From the NCBI RefSeq assembly GCF_963921235.1, contig NC_086118.1:29700001-29764000 (forward strand): a stretch of DNA of 64,000 bases, written 5' to 3'. The notes beneath the pieces were generated by a model. That model was given only the letters and a program-made list of their open reading frames with translations, did no database searches and was not told the DNA's origin. This stretch comes from Mobula hypostoma (lineage: Eukaryota). A program made the translations under genes and the position numbers. Of this stretch, positions 13,933-27,215 are shown piece by piece; the stretch's first letter is position 1, and each line of letters starts with the position of its first letter.

Positions 13933-14419
13933 AATCATCTACATAATCTCGTGTTTACATGTTTCATATTTGTTCAGTAAAAGTTACTCCTGGAATTCCA
14001 TCTCCCCCGGTTTTTGGTCTTTCCCATAAAGCATACTTCTACCATTTCAAAGCTTTTTACAAGTCAAGTCTCCAGCCTGCGAAAAGCAAACGTGATCTTA
14101 TTGGTGCTGTTGAATAGAGAATCAAACACAAAAGTTTGGCGCTGTGTTCCCGAGGTCCCACAAGCATATTAAATAGAATTCCAAAAATATGCTCTCGGTT
14201 ACAACCTACGGTGCCAGACTCTTCCTGGAGATTACACGCTCACAGTAGAAACTCTAAAATTTACCAGAGTCCTCGCAACTATTTCAATCATATCAATCTT
14301 CGAAACTGCAGAGGTTTTCTGCACAATCTCACATTCCCTTCATATTATTACCACAAGCAAAGAAATTAAAAGTTTAAAAAAATAGTTACTTCTTTTTGAC
14401 GGTTCTCACAGAGATCTGG

Positions 14420-15300
14420 AGAGACTCGCCACAAACAAGCTGCTGACATTCCTCGGGCCCTCATGCGTTGACTTCCCCTGGCCTCCCCCCGCTCAACCAC
14501 TCATACCCTCCACTGACAACACCTCCGTTGGTATTAGCTCTCGCCCTTCCTTTCCCTCTCTCAGGCCTTCGTTCTCGCTCCTTCTCCACACCCGAATATT
14601 TCCCCCTCCCAACCACATCACCGCCTGCAACCACGCCGAAATCGGTCAACGGGTAGAACTGCACATGCGTCAATAACCCGTATGTGGGTGGGACCAAATT
14701 TCGTCAAATACCCGTCAGTGGGCGGATCCGCTGTCCATCAGATTCCCGTCAGTGGGCGGATCCGCTGTCCATCAGATTCCTGTCAGTGGGAGGGGCCGCT
14801 GTCCGTCAGATCCCGTCAGTGGGCGGGGCCAGAGGGCTTTACCCCTGACCCTGAGTTCTCTTTGCTGATTGCCGCACCAGCTTCTAAATGTTTCCTCAGT
14901 CAGTGGTTGCTATTTCTGCTAAAGGTGAAGCGGTTTAATTCAGATAATTCGCTGTTTACTTGTAAAATAAGTTCAAACCTTTCAAAATAATGCACACCTC
15001 TTCCGTCGTAAACCTATCACTCTGTGCGTTATAAGCGAGTGACCGTATTTGGAAAAGGGGCCGGCATGGGCCTACATCGGGTAGCAACCTTCGATCCCCA
15101 ATCGCTGCTGTAATTTTACAGCATTCGTGGTTGGAAGGCGAGCGGGAAGTGAACCGACCGTGGCCTGCCCCCACGCCCCGTCCCCCCGTCTCGCTGTTTC
15201 CAAGTACCCTTACGTTTCTCCCTATCCCCACTATTACCCCCATTACTCTCCGCACCCCACCATTCCTCGGCTACAGCTCTGACAGTGCTGAAAAGGTGAG
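14420..15300. promoter_or_regulatory. CpG-rich promoter-like island, possibly bidirectional
   Basis: High CpG density relative to the flanks, several GGGCGG boxes, NRF1-like tgcacatgcg (14660) and ETS-like ggaagtg (about 15145). Donors: AAG|GTGAGG on + (15295/6) and GAGG|GTATGA on - (14507/6). Confidence 0.6.
14677..14830. repeat. 34-bp minisatellite, about 4.5 copies, each with a GC box or variant
   Basis: Unit cccgtcagtgggcggatccgctgtccatcagatt starts at 14677 (degenerate), 14711, 14745, 14779 and 14812. Confidence 0.9.
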
Positions 15301-15344
15301 GCTCTAAACTACAGCAGAAATAAAGTGAATGTGCTATTTCCAGC

Positions 15345-16140
15345 GGAAGATGTATATCGAATTGCCCAGCAAGTCAGACAGCATCCATGGAGAGGAATAA
15401 GCAGATGACATTTCGGGTCCGAATGCTTCATCAGGACTGGAAAGGAAGGGTGCAGAGGGGAAGGATTACTAGATGGTGATAGGTGGATGAGTGTGTGGGG
15501 GGGGGGATGAAGTACGAAGTAGGGATAGAATAGATAGAAGAATTAATCTAATTGGTGAGCACGATGGACCAAGGGAGGGAAGCCGGAGGGAAGTGAAGGA
15601 CAGGCAAGAAGAGAAGACGTGTGAGGGTAACCAGAATGGGGAACTGAAGAAGAGGGAGGGGGAAAATACTGGCAATTGGAGAAGATTGATGTTCATGATA
15701 TCAGGTTTGGAGCCTTCCCAGATGGAATGTGAGGTGTTGCTCCTGTAACCTGAGTTTGGCCTCATCATGGCAGTACAGAAGGCCATGGACAGCCATGTCA
15801 GAATGGTAATGGGAAGTGGCTCTGAAAACAGAAGCTATCAGGAGATCCTGCCTTTTGTGGCGGGCAGAGAGAAGGTGCTCGACAAAGTGGTCACCCAATC
15901 TGCATCAGGAGCACCAGATACAGTAGGTGGCCCCAGTAGATTCACAGCTAAGGTGTTGCTTTACCTGGAAGGACTGTTTGAGGCCTTGAATGATGGTGAG
16001 GGAGGAGGTGCAGGTGTAGCACTTTCCATGCTCGCAGGGATAAGTGTCAGGAGAGAGATGAGTGGGGAGCGATAAGTGGACAAAGGAGTCACGGAGTGAA
16101 TGATCCCTATGGAAGGCAGCATTTGGTCTCCCCACCTCTC
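15345..16140 (-). mobile_element. Penelope-like element 3' fragment (GIY-YIG endonuclease region)
   Basis: Minus-strand ORFs FHRDHSLRDS..SFQVKQHLSCES..YCIWCS and GDHFVEHL..HGLLYCHDEAKLRLQEQHL parallel the ORF at 57202-58512. Confidence 0.9.
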
Positions 16141-16504
16141 CCTAAGAGTTTTTGAAGTGGTGTCATTGAAAATATTCAACGAGAAGACTGGATGTCAAGG
16201 TGTATGAGGAATGGAGATAGAGGGAAGTGAGGGAAAGTTAAAACCAAGTTAGGATCAGCCATCACAGTATTGAATTGTGGGGTAGGCTCCTGGTGCTAGG
16301 ACTCCTGCTCCTGCTTTTTATGTTCTTATTCCCACTACATCCTCTCGACCACCAACCATATCCTTTCTCAAGTTTCCACTAATTGACCGAAGTGATGATT
16401 CATTCCCACTCCACACCTTTGCTTTGCTGGCGAGATTCCTTCCTGTCATTCTGTTCCACCAGCCAATTCGACCTAGATCTCCTCAGATTCTGAACTTCCC
16501 TATT

Positions 16505-18695
16505 TAAGACCATAAGATATAGGAGTAGAAGCAGGCCGTTTGGCCCATTAAGTCTGCTCCGCCATTCAATCATGGGCTGATCCTATTCTTCCAGTCATCC
16601 CCACTCCCTGCCTTCTCCCCATACCCTTTGATGCCCTGGCTAATCAAGGACCTATCTATCTGTTTTAAATGCACCCAATGACTTGGCCTCCACAGCCACT
16701 CGTGGCAACAAATTCCACAGATTTACCACCCTCTGGCTAAAGTAATTTCTCCGCATCTCTGTTCTAAATGGATGTTCTTCAATCCTGAAGTCGTGTCTTC
16801 TTGTCCTGGACTCCCTTAATATGGGAAATAACTTTGCCATATTGAATCCCTTCAGGCTTTTTAACATTCGGAATGTTTCATGAGAAACTCATGAGAAATC
16901 CAAGGAATACAGCCCAAGAGCTGCCAGATGTTCTTCATGTGGTATCCCTTTCATTCCTGGAATCATTCTCGTGAATCTTCTCTGAACCCTCTCCAATGTC
17001 AGTGTATCTTTTCTGAAATAAAGAGCCCAGAACTGCACACAATAGTGTGGTCTCACGAGTGCCTTACGGAGCCTCAACATCACATCCCTGTTCTTATATT
17101 CTATACCTCTAGAAATGAATGCCAACATTGCATTTGCCTTCTTCACCACCGACTCAACCTGGAGGTTAACCTTTAGGGTATCCTGCACAAGGGCTCCCAA
17201 GTCCCTTTGCATCTCTGCATTTTGAATTCATTCCCAATCTAAATAATTGTCTGTTTATTTCTTCCACCAAAGTGCATAACCATACACTTTCCAACATTGT
17301 GTTTCATTTAACACTTCATTGCCCATCCCCTAAACAATCTAAGTCTCTGCAGGCTCTCTGTTTCCTCAACACTGCAAATTCCCTGACCTATCTTCATATC
17401 ATTGGCAAATTTAGCCACAAATCCATCGATCCCATAGTCTAAATCATTGGCATACATCGTAAAAAGCAGCAGTCCCAACACCGACCCCTGTGGAATTCCA
17501 CTGGTAACCAGCAGCCAGCCAGAATAGGATTCCTTTATTCCCACTCTCTGTTTTCTGCCAATCAGCTAATGCTCCACTCATGCTAGTAACTCCCCCGTAA
17601 TTCCATGGGATCTTTATCTTGCTAAGCAGACTCACCTGCGGCACCTCATCAAAGGCCTGAAAATCCAAGTACACCACATCTACTGCATCTCCTTTGTCTA
17701 CCCTGTTTGTAATTTCCTGAAAAAGTTGCAGTAGGTTAGTCAAGCAGGAGCTTCCTTTCAGGAAACCATGCCCTTCTTTGGCCTATCTTGTCATGTGCCT
17801 CCAGGTACTCTGTAATCTCATCCCTAACAATCGATTCCAACAACTTCCAACCACTGGTGCCAGGCTAACAGGTCTATAGTTTCCTTTCTGCTGCCTCCCA
17901 CCCTTCTTAAACAGCAGAATAACATTTGCAATTTTCCAGTCATCCAGTACAATGCCAGAATCTATCAATTCTTGAAGGATCATTGTTAATGCCTCCACAA
18001 TCTCTCCAGCTACTTCCTTCAGAACCCGAGGGTGCATTCCATCAGGTCTGGGAGATTTATCCATCCTCAGACCATTAAGCTTCCTGAGCACCTTCTCAGT
18101 CGTAATTTTCACTGCACCTACTTCACTTCCCGGACACTGTTGAATGTCTGGTATATTGGATATGTCTTCCACCATGAAGACTGATGCAAAATACGCATTC
18201 AGTGCCTCTGTCATCTCTGTGTCTCCCAATACAATATCTCCAGCGTCATTTTCTAGTGGTTCTATATCTACCCTCAGCTCTCTTTTACCCTTTTTATACT
18301 TAAAAAAAGCTTTCAGTATGGTCTTTGATATTAGGCGCCAACTTCCTTTCATAATTCATCTTTTCCTTCCTATTGATCTTCTTAGTTTCCTTCTGCAAGT
18401 TTTTAAAAGCTTCCTAATCTTCTATCTTCCCACTAGGTTTGGCTTCCTTGTCTGCCCTTTCTTTTGCTTTTATATTGGCTCTGACTTCACTTGGCAGCCA
18501 TGGTAGTGTCCTTCTTCCATTTGAAAATTTATTCTTATTTGGAATATGTCTGTCTTGTACTTCCCTCATTTTTCACAGAAACTCCAGCCATTGCTGTTTT
18601 GCTGCCCTTCCTGCTAGTGTCCATTTGCAATCAACTTTGGCCAGTTCCCCTCTCATGCCATTGTAATTTCCTTTATTCCACTGAAATACAGACAC
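16505..18695 (-). mobile_element. CR1 LINE, 5'-truncated and decayed
   Basis: KSPRPDGMHPRVLKE, KGNYRPVSL, VYLDFQAFD, SGIPQGSVLG, KFAND and LERVQRRFTRMIPG; tcttatggtctta tail. Confidence 0.95.
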
Positions 18696-19739
18696 ATTGG
18701 CAATGCATGATCCCCATTTACTGTTTTACCAGAAATCATAATATAGAGCCCATCAAAAGTTATATTTCAATGTCTGTAAATAAATTAACCTATGATCCAC
18801 ATCTGTACAATGGTCAATGTGATATTTGCAAATATTATTCTTTACAAGTAGTGCTCTTTGAGAAGAGCAGAAATGCAGAGATTGTCTGTGGCCTAATAGG
18901 AATGTTATAGTGTTAAGGCAAAATGTGTTGATTAGGCTACACACAATTCCTGGGCCTGAGGAAAGCCAATGTTACTCTCCTGTACAGCAATCAGAGAAGG
19001 GCCACAGCTTTTAAAGGCACACTCCTTGGCGGACCGTTAACAGCACCACATATTACGGCTCCCAATGGAGAACTCCTGATTTTCATGAGGGATCATTGAA
19101 GTGTTTGGAAATATGAAGGGTGTCAGCTTTTACTTTCTTCAAGTCTTTAGTTTCCAAGATGACTCAAATAAGAAAGGACTGAATGCTTTATTGATAAAGC
19201 TGATGTAAATGTACAACTAGCTAAGTGGTGTATTGTCAGGCTTGCCTGACAGAATTTAGGGATGACAAGGAAGCAGTTTTGCAGACTATGCTCTCCACCT
19301 TAATGCTAGGAAATAATCCTGTCAGACAATATACACTGTTTCTTGTGGCAGCTGTTGAGATAGCATGGATGTAGCCCACTCTTACCTTTCTGCATCTCAT
19401 GCTGATCCAGGTAGAAGTCTGGTGACTGCCACATGAGAGCTGATGTTTTTATTGCCTAAGATATGTCACTCTTGAGCAGAATACTGCAGTTATACATCTG
19501 TATATCTGGTGATCCTCCCTTAGTAGGGATGGTAATGGATATGTGAAGTCCTAGACCAGCCCTATTGGGATTGTGGCCAAGAAAGCACACCAATGTCTGA
19601 TTCCTCAGAAGACTAATGAAATTCTGCGTGTCCCCAAATGACTCATTGATTTTTACAGATGCATCAGAAGCATCCTAGAGAGACAAAAGAGACTGATGCT
19701 GCTCGACCTGCTGTGTCCTTTCAGAAGATTGTTTGTTGC

Positions 19740-20270
19740 ATAGAAAGCAACCTACCTGGATGCATAGCAACTGCTCTGCCCAAGACAGTAAGAAATTTCG
19801 GAACTCTGAACACATCCTACTCCATCACGCAAACCAGCCTCCATTGACTCCGCTTACATTCCCTGCTGCTTTGGGAAAGTAGCCAACACAATCAAGATTC
19901 CCAATCATCCCGGTCATTCTCTCTTCTCTCTCTCTTGTCAGACAGAAGATACTAAAGCTTGAAAGCTCATACCACCAGACTCAAGAACAGCTTTGATCAG
20001 TTATCAGTTTTATCAGTTGAATGGACCTCTAGTATTGCTAAAGATGAACTCTTAATTCCTCCAGTCTACCCGCCGGGGCCGTTGTACAAACTGTATTTTA
20101 TTACTTGATCTGCACTGCACTTTTGTAGCGACAACACTATATTTTGCACTTTGTTTTTTTCCTTTCGTCTACCTTGATGTGTTTATGTACGGCATGAGCT
20201 GACTGGATGCCATGCAGACAATAGCTTTTCACTGTATTTCAGTGCAATAATAAAACCAGAACCATTACCA
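19740..20270 (+). mobile_element. Rex/Babar-like LINE 3' fragment
   Basis: IESNLPGCI..; catcccggtcattctctcttctct..agcttgaaagctcataccaccagactcaagaacagctt resembles the Rex C-terminus (HP.H.LF..L.S.RRY.SL). Confidence 0.65.
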
Positions 20271-20512
20271 ATACTTTGATAGCTGTTGAGGAACACTTTA
20301 CAAACACAAAAGGATGCATTACTGTGTCACTAACTCATACACTTGAAATACTTGCTCCATTTTTCTAGTGATGAATGAGTAATATAAAGCCAATTCCTGT
20401 CTAGGATTTCTTGTTCATGCCTTCAAAGTCTTCTAATAGTACTCTCTGAATGAAGAACTGCTGTGGGAGGCTGAAGAATATGAGCAATGTGGCATGATGA
20501 AATAAAACATTG

Positions 20513-21124
20513 AAGACACGTAGTCCTCTTTTATTGTCATTTAGTAATGCATGCATTAAGAAATGATACAATATTTCCTCCAGTGTGATATCTCAAAACA
20601 CAGGACAGACCAAGACTGAAAAAACTGACAAAACCGCATAATTATAACATATAGTTACAACAGTGCAACAATACCATAACTTGATGAAGAAGTCCATGAG
20701 CACAGTAAAAGTTCAAAGTCTCTCAAATGTCCCACATCTCAAGCAGACGGGAGAAGGAAGAAAAACTCTCCCTGCCATGCCGACCACAGTCCGACTCTGA
20801 GTCATCTGAAAACTTCGAGCTCTAATCAGCTCTTCGACATCGAGTACTGAGCGCCATCACTGTCTGAACGATTCGACCTCAACTTCGGTCGCCAACAGCA
20901 GGCAAAGCCAGGGATTTTGAGGCCTACCCTCGGAAAGATTCCCAACCACGCAGTAACAACAGCAGCGAACGAGCGTTTCAGAAATTTCTCCAGATGTTCC
21001 TCCGTGCTTTCACGTCCATTCACCATCAAATCAGAATTGTCCATGGCCCCTATTTAACAGATACGATATCATTTTTCACCTGAGGGCTGCGCACGCGCAG
21101 GCGTGCTGCTCTCTTTCCTCCCAC
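20513..21124 (-). mobile_element. About 610-bp SINE-like non-autonomous retroposon (same family as 31214-31851)
   Basis: Its reverse complement aligns by eye with 31214-31851. Flanked by cattg at 20508-20512 and 21125-21129. Confidence 0.8.
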
Positions 21125-21244
21125 CATTGCTGCCTATTCTTTGGAACTCTTCATTTTTCTGTTGGATTAAAGATTCCATAAACAGTTACAAGACCTGTAG
21201 ATATATTGAGTAATGTGAAAATGGAGTGATCACATCTGACTCCT

Positions 21245-21560
21245 GTGAATCCTAGCGTCTCAGCTTCAATGACCCAGGTTCAATCCCGACCCCGGGTATT
21301 GATAGTATGGAGCTTGCTTATTTTTTAAAGTGAATATGTGGGCTTCGTCTGGGATTCCAGTTTTGTCCACATCACAAAATCATGCTGGTAGGTTAATTGG
21401 CTACTTCAAGTTAACCCTTACTGTAAGTTAATAGCAGAATGTATCAACGGGGAATTGATGGGCATGTATGAAAGGGAATTAATGCAGGATAGAGAGAAAT
21501 TTGAAGAAGTGGAATGGGTCTAATGAGATGATTCCCTCTGTTGAACGCAACTCCAGAACA
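21245..21560 (+). mobile_element. Degenerate tRNA-derived SINE
   Basis: B-box-like gacccaggttcaatcccgac followed by a SINE core (gtgggcttcgtctggg..ccagttttgtccacatc). Confidence 0.55.
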
Positions 21561-22971
21561 CTTGCAAGCCAATCAACTGAATGTGGTGAGATACTCATTA
21601 CCCACATTTGTGTAGGAATTTCAAAAAATCTTGCTGACGCTAAATGATTTGCTTCATAAATCAATTCTGCAACTCTCTTTGCTAATTTGAGCACATTGAA
21701 TAATTTGGTAGGTATTTCAGCAGACATTTCTGAAGCTACTTTATTAATTATTCTGTAATTTAAAAGTTTTTAAATATCTGTAAATCTGAAATAAAAACAG
21801 AAAAGCTTAGCAGGTCAGGCAGCACCGTGGAAAGAAAAACAGCTGGTATTTCTGTTTGATGATGGGCTTTACACCGAGTTTTCCCTGGACTTCCTGTTTT
21901 TATTTATGAGCTTTTTTAATGTTAGTGGTGTGGTTGTTTAACTGGCAAGAATGCAGCATGTTTTACTCTGCTTTCTTGTGACTCTTAAATAAGTGATTTT
22001 CAAGACTTTACATTGGGAGGGATTGAAATGTGCATCGCAAGACAATTGATGTCATCAGTTATGTGCCTGATGGTGGGAAAATATAGTGAGTGCCAATGTG
22101 AATTGAAACTATAACTAAACAATCCAATTGTACAATCGACAGAATTTTCCCTGAAATTGCTGTTAAGCTAATTTATTGGTTTGTAAAGCTGCTACAAAAT
22201 AGTATGAAGTACATTCCAATTTCTAGGCAACCAAGGAGCAGAAAACATAGACAGGCATTGTTTATAGACTCCTAAAACTATTAATCAAGGCAGTTGAACA
22301 GTCTATCAATCAAGAACAAACAGGGATGTAACAAGGGTGATACAATAATTATGAGGGACTTTATATTGACTTGGACAATCAATCTGGTGATTTTGTTTTG
22401 AGGAGGTGTTCATTGAATGCATGCAAGACAGTTTCCTAAATCATGGTAATTTAAAATTGTCTGGGGTATGATGATGGGTCTCAGTGCAAAATATTAACTG
22501 TTCATTTCCCTCCACAGATGCTTCCTGACCTGCTGAGTTCCTGCAGCATTTTTTGTTTGTTGCCGAAATTTCCAGCATCTGTAATTTCTTGTAGCTCCGT
22601 AAACCTAAGGGCAATTTCGAGGGTCGGAAGGACAGGTTATGGTTGATTAGAAAATTTAGTTAAAAGTAAGATGTTAGATAAGCCATGGTAAATATTGAAA
22701 GAAATATTTGACTCTGAACAAATACAAATTCCATTACTGAAGACTCCATTAGAAAAGTGAGTTTTTGTGGCTAATTGAAATAAAGAGTTGAAACAGTTTG
22801 TGAAGTTGCAAGGTGTGAGTATGGGGTGAATTTAAAAAAAACAGCGAAGAAATGCTATAAGTGCAAAGAGAAAAAAGATTAAATGTTGGAACATTAGAAG
22901 TCAATTCAGGGCAGTAAGTGATGGCGAATGAAGAAATTGCAGTAATATTGAACAAATATTTTCAATTGCAC

Positions 22972-23745
22972 TGGTGCCCAAGAAGAACGTGGTGACTTGC
23001 CTCAATGTCTGTCGTCTAGTAGCACTTAAATCCACAGTGATGGAGTGTTTTGAGAGGATGGTGATGAAACATGTCAACTCCTGCCTGAGAAGTGACTTGG
23101 ATCCAATCCAATTTGCCTACCGGAGCAACAGGTCCACAGCAGATTCCATCTCAATGGCTCTGCACTCAACTCTGGAACATCAGGACAGCAAAAAACCATA
23201 CATCAGAATACTTTTTATTGGCTACAGCTCAGCATTCAATGCCATCATCCCCTCAAAACTAATGAATTAAGCTCCAAGACATCAGCCTCAATATCTCCTT
23301 GTGTAATTGGATCCTTGATTTCCTCACTTGCAGACCCCAGTCAGTTCAAATTGGCAACAACATCTCCCCCATAATCTCCATCAGCACAGGTGCACCACAA
23401 GGCTTTGTGCTTAGCCCCCTGCTCTACTCTCTTTAGACTTATGACTCTGTGGCTAAGCACAGCTCTAGTGCCATATTCAAGTTTGTATACAACACTACTG
23501 CCGTAGGCCAAATCAAAGGCAGTGATGAATCAGCATATAGGAGGGAGATTGAAAATCTGGCTGAGTGGTACCACAACAGCAACTTATTGCTTAATGCCAG
23601 CAAGATCAAGGAGCTGATTGTTGACTTCAGGAGGAGGAAATCGGTGGTCCATGAGCCAGTCCACATCGGGGAACAGAGATGGAGAGGGTCAGCAACTTTA
23701 AATTCCTCGGTATTATCATTTCGGAGGACCTGTCCTGGGCTTAGC
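22972..23745 (+). mobile_element. Rex/Babar LINE RT fragment (3' part resumes at about 26105-26600)
   Basis: [57 protein letters not shown]. Confidence 0.9.
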
Positions 23746-23749
23746 ATTT

Positions 23750-26100
23750 CAATGAGATTTACAGAAAGATGTTGCTTCTTTGCTTGGCATTGTTCTCTGC
23801 CACACCTCCAACAGTGATCTTAGGTCAGCTGCAGCATCATCAGCCAGGGACCACTCAATGATGTTTTGCTCTCTTAGCCCTGGTACGTCTCCTGGTGGTG
23901 GAGCAGTGGCAGGGACATCTCTCTCCCATCCCCTGTAGCTTCCAATGAGGTTAGTCAGTCCCCCAATTTCTGTCCTTCTTCTTCAGCCACAGTCAAAAGC
24001 TGCCCTTTTCTGCCTTCTCAGCCAAATCTCTGGTGGCCCTTCTGAGCCTTTCTCCAGTCACTGCCATATCACAGGATGGTTAACTCAATGCGGAGGACTG
24101 TCTTGGTGGCCATGGACCACAATGTTATGTCTGGGTGGAGAGAGGTGATGGTGATTTCCGTGGGGAACCGTAGCTGTCTGCCAAGATCTGCACTCATGTT
24201 CCACTCCTCGCTTGTGAAGTGGAGTCCTGAAGGAGCTCTTAGACAGGTGCATTAAGTGGTCTTACCAGCCTTAAAAACGGGATGAGTTGTCACCTTATTG
24301 CCAGGATGTGTTGGAGGTTGGCATTGGTGGTATCACACAGGGAGTAGCTTTCCTTAATACCAAACTATTGGTGAAGATTTTCAGGGCAGGGCAAGGTGTC
24401 ATAGGTTGCCCTGATGAGGAAGCTGGGTCTGGCTTGTGGGATCTTCTACAGGCCAGACCAGCTGAATGACCTGATGGCAGTGCCCGCCATGTTGTCCAGA
24501 TTCCCTGGTAGCCCTGTGTCACTGCCTTCACTCTTGTAGCACTTCTGTTCTGTCCTTTCTTGTCACTTCCTCCATTATCATGGCTTTCCTCTCTTTCTTC
24601 GAGTCTTGGACCAGAAACGTGCTGTCAACCCCCAGCCACGTCCTGCATGTCCAGCCTGGACTCTTCCAACACCTCTTTGGTGTTGCAGCCTGCTGATGGC
24701 ATAGTCTCCTTCAGCTTGAGTTCTCCATTTACAGCTGGTATGAATTGGGGCATTGGCACTCCTGGCCAGGTGGACTCCCTCAGCTCAACGACCATGCAGG
24801 ATTTCTCCTGCTTGTACCCCAGACTGATGGATCTCAGTGGCAGCTTCACCACGTTCTTCCTGAAGAGGCCAGTGTCCAAGCAATACCGAGGCAATACAAG
24901 TTGGCTATCCCATCCATCCTACTGGCTGTGGATAAGGGAATCTTGCACATTTTCAGGGGCCACATCAGCCTTTGGTACAGTGTGAACTGGTAGCACCACA
25001 TTTTATACTTTCCAGGTAGTTGGATCTGTTCAATCTGGCCAGGCTCTCTGTAAGGTGTTTCTGTGTTACTTTTCCCATCTGCCTGTCAGAGAGCTCTGCA
25101 GTATATTGCCTCCCAAGGCTTTGGATGGCCTGCCTGGCTGACAATGGAATTTTTTTGCCCCCTACGACAAAGGTGCTGTTGTTGCTTCTGACCCTTTTTC
25201 GAAGGGAAAGGCTTTGCATCTTCATCTCTGCCCAAGTCAGTAGCTTGTATAACCTCCTCAGCAGCTGCTTTGTGAATGCAGCCAGCTGAAGGATGCTTAT
25301 GATATCATCCCTGCAGCTTCTCAGTGGAGGAAGCCTCTGTCTTGACTGTAACTTCATCCCTCCAACCACCTGCTTTGCTTCAATAAGGATAATCTCAAAG
25401 GCTGCCACAAACAGGATGGGAGGGTGGAACACCCCATCGAAATGTCTACTTTGATTTGCTGCCACCCTGTTATCTTGAAAAAAGAAGCCCATCTGGAGGT
25501 CACTGAAGTAATCAGAAGACAGGCCTCTAATGCCTGGGGGAATGTAAACGAGCTCCATTGCAAAGTTGATGAGCTGGTGAGGCTCAGATTTCTGAGGGCA
25601 ACTGTAGCTGTCTGTCGATATCTTCCCCCGTGTTCCACTCCTTACCTGTGGAGAGGAGTGCTGAAGGAGCTTTTGGGTGGGTACATTCAGCGCTCTTACC
25701 AGCCTTAACAAATGGGATGAGTTGCTGTCCCGCTGGGGAAAGGCTGCTTCTCGCGCCCTGCCTGCAGGTCTCTAGAATTTCCACCAGCTTCTTTAGAACC
25801 TGGTAACGCTGCCATCTGTAGCGCCCTTGGACAGCGCTGTCGTGCATCCTGCCACGATAGTCTGGAGGTTGGCATTGGTGGTATCACACAGGGAGCAGCT
25901 ATCCTCACTGCCGAACCACTGGTGAAGATTTTGAGGGCAGGGCAAGGTTGCCCTGATGAGGAAGCTGAGCCTGGCTTGTAGGATCTTCCACAGGTCAGAC
26001 CAGCTGAATGGTACCTGACCTGTTGATGGTGCCCTCCCATGTCGTCCAGCCTTCCTGACAGCCCTGTAGCACTCCTGCTCTGTCCTTGTCACCTCTTGTA
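23750..26100 (-). mobile_element. Decayed non-LTR retrotransposon of the restriction-like-endonuclease type (Hero-like), rearranged or partly duplicated
   Basis: Minus-strand fragments: RT-like PPILFVAAFEIIL..DDIISIL, zinc-knuckle-like CSLCDTTNANLQ..GC, QGRYRWQRYQVL, PDITLWS..IELT. Confidence 0.65.
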
Positions 26101-26104
26101 CTAC

Positions 26105-26600
26105 TACCATGGCTTTCCTCTCACAAAAAGCAGTGGATATGGCCCAGTCCATCACAGGTAAAGCCCTCCCCATCATTGAGAGCATCTACACAGCGTGTTG
26201 TTGAAACCCCCACCACCAAGGACATGCTCTCCTCTCACTGCTGCCATCAGCAAGAAGGTATGGGAGCCTCAGCAGTTACACCACCAGGTCCAGGAATAGT
26301 TATTACCCCTCAGCCATCGGGACCAAAGGGGACAACTTCACTCAACCTCACTTGCCCCATTATTGAAATGTTCCTTCAAACTATGGACTCACTTTCAAGG
26401 ACTCTTCATTTCATGTTCTTGATATTTATTGCTTATTTATTTATTATTATTTCCCTCTTTTTGTATTTGCACAGTTTGTTGTCTTTTGCACACTGGTTGA
26501 ACACTCAAGTTGATGCAGCTTTCATTGATTTTGCTATGGTTATTATTCTATTATGGATTTATTGAGTATACCTTCAAGAAAATGAATTTCAGGGTTATAT
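26105..26600 (+). mobile_element. Rex/Babar LINE 3' end
   Basis: cagtccatcacaggtaaagccctccccatcattgag..caccaccaggtccaggaatagttattaccc and 3' UTR ending aagaaaatgaatttcagggttatat. Confidence 0.75.
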
Positions 26601-26834
26601 ATTTGTTGTCCACTTCAGGAAGAAGAATAGAAAATAATAGAATTATTTTATTTGTGTGAGGCTATTAAAAGTTGAAGTCCAGCTGGGTCTGCATATTCTC
26701 ATACAGGAAGCACATGAAATTAGCACACAGTACAGAAAGTAATTAAGAAAGCAGGGTGAGTACAAGATAAGGAAATCTGGCTGTTACTGTGCAGCATTTT
26801 GGTGAGACCAACCCTGCAGTAATTTATGGTAAAT

Positions 26835-27215
26835 TCTCTCCTCTCTGCCTCTCTCTTTTTCCATTCCCCATTCTGTTTCCCCTCTTACCTCTTCACTTCT
26901 CCTTACCTGCCCATCATCTCCCTCTGGTGCCCCACCTTCTTCCCCTTTCTCCCGTGGTCCACTTTCCTCCTCTATCAGATCTCTTGTCCTTCAGCCCTTC
27001 ACCTCTTCCACTCTACAGCTTCTTTCTTCATTTTCCCTCCCCCACCCACCTGACTTCACCTATTACCCATTAGCTTGTTTCCCTTCCCCTCCTCCCACCT
27101 TCTTATTTTGGCTTCTTTCCCCATTCCTTTCTAGTCTTGGCCGAAAACATTAGCTGTTTATTCCCCTCCACAGATGTTGTCTGACTTGCTGAGTTCCTCC
27201 AACATTCTGTGTGAG
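26835..27215 (+). mobile_element. Penelope-like 3' UTR and terminal repeat
   Basis: Pyrimidine-rich tract followed by ccgaaaacattagct..cagatgttgtctgacttgctgagttcctcc. Confidence 0.75.

Noticed and set aside
14677..14830. CRISPR-like array
   Set aside because: Head-to-tail repeats with no unique spacers, in a eukaryotic context.
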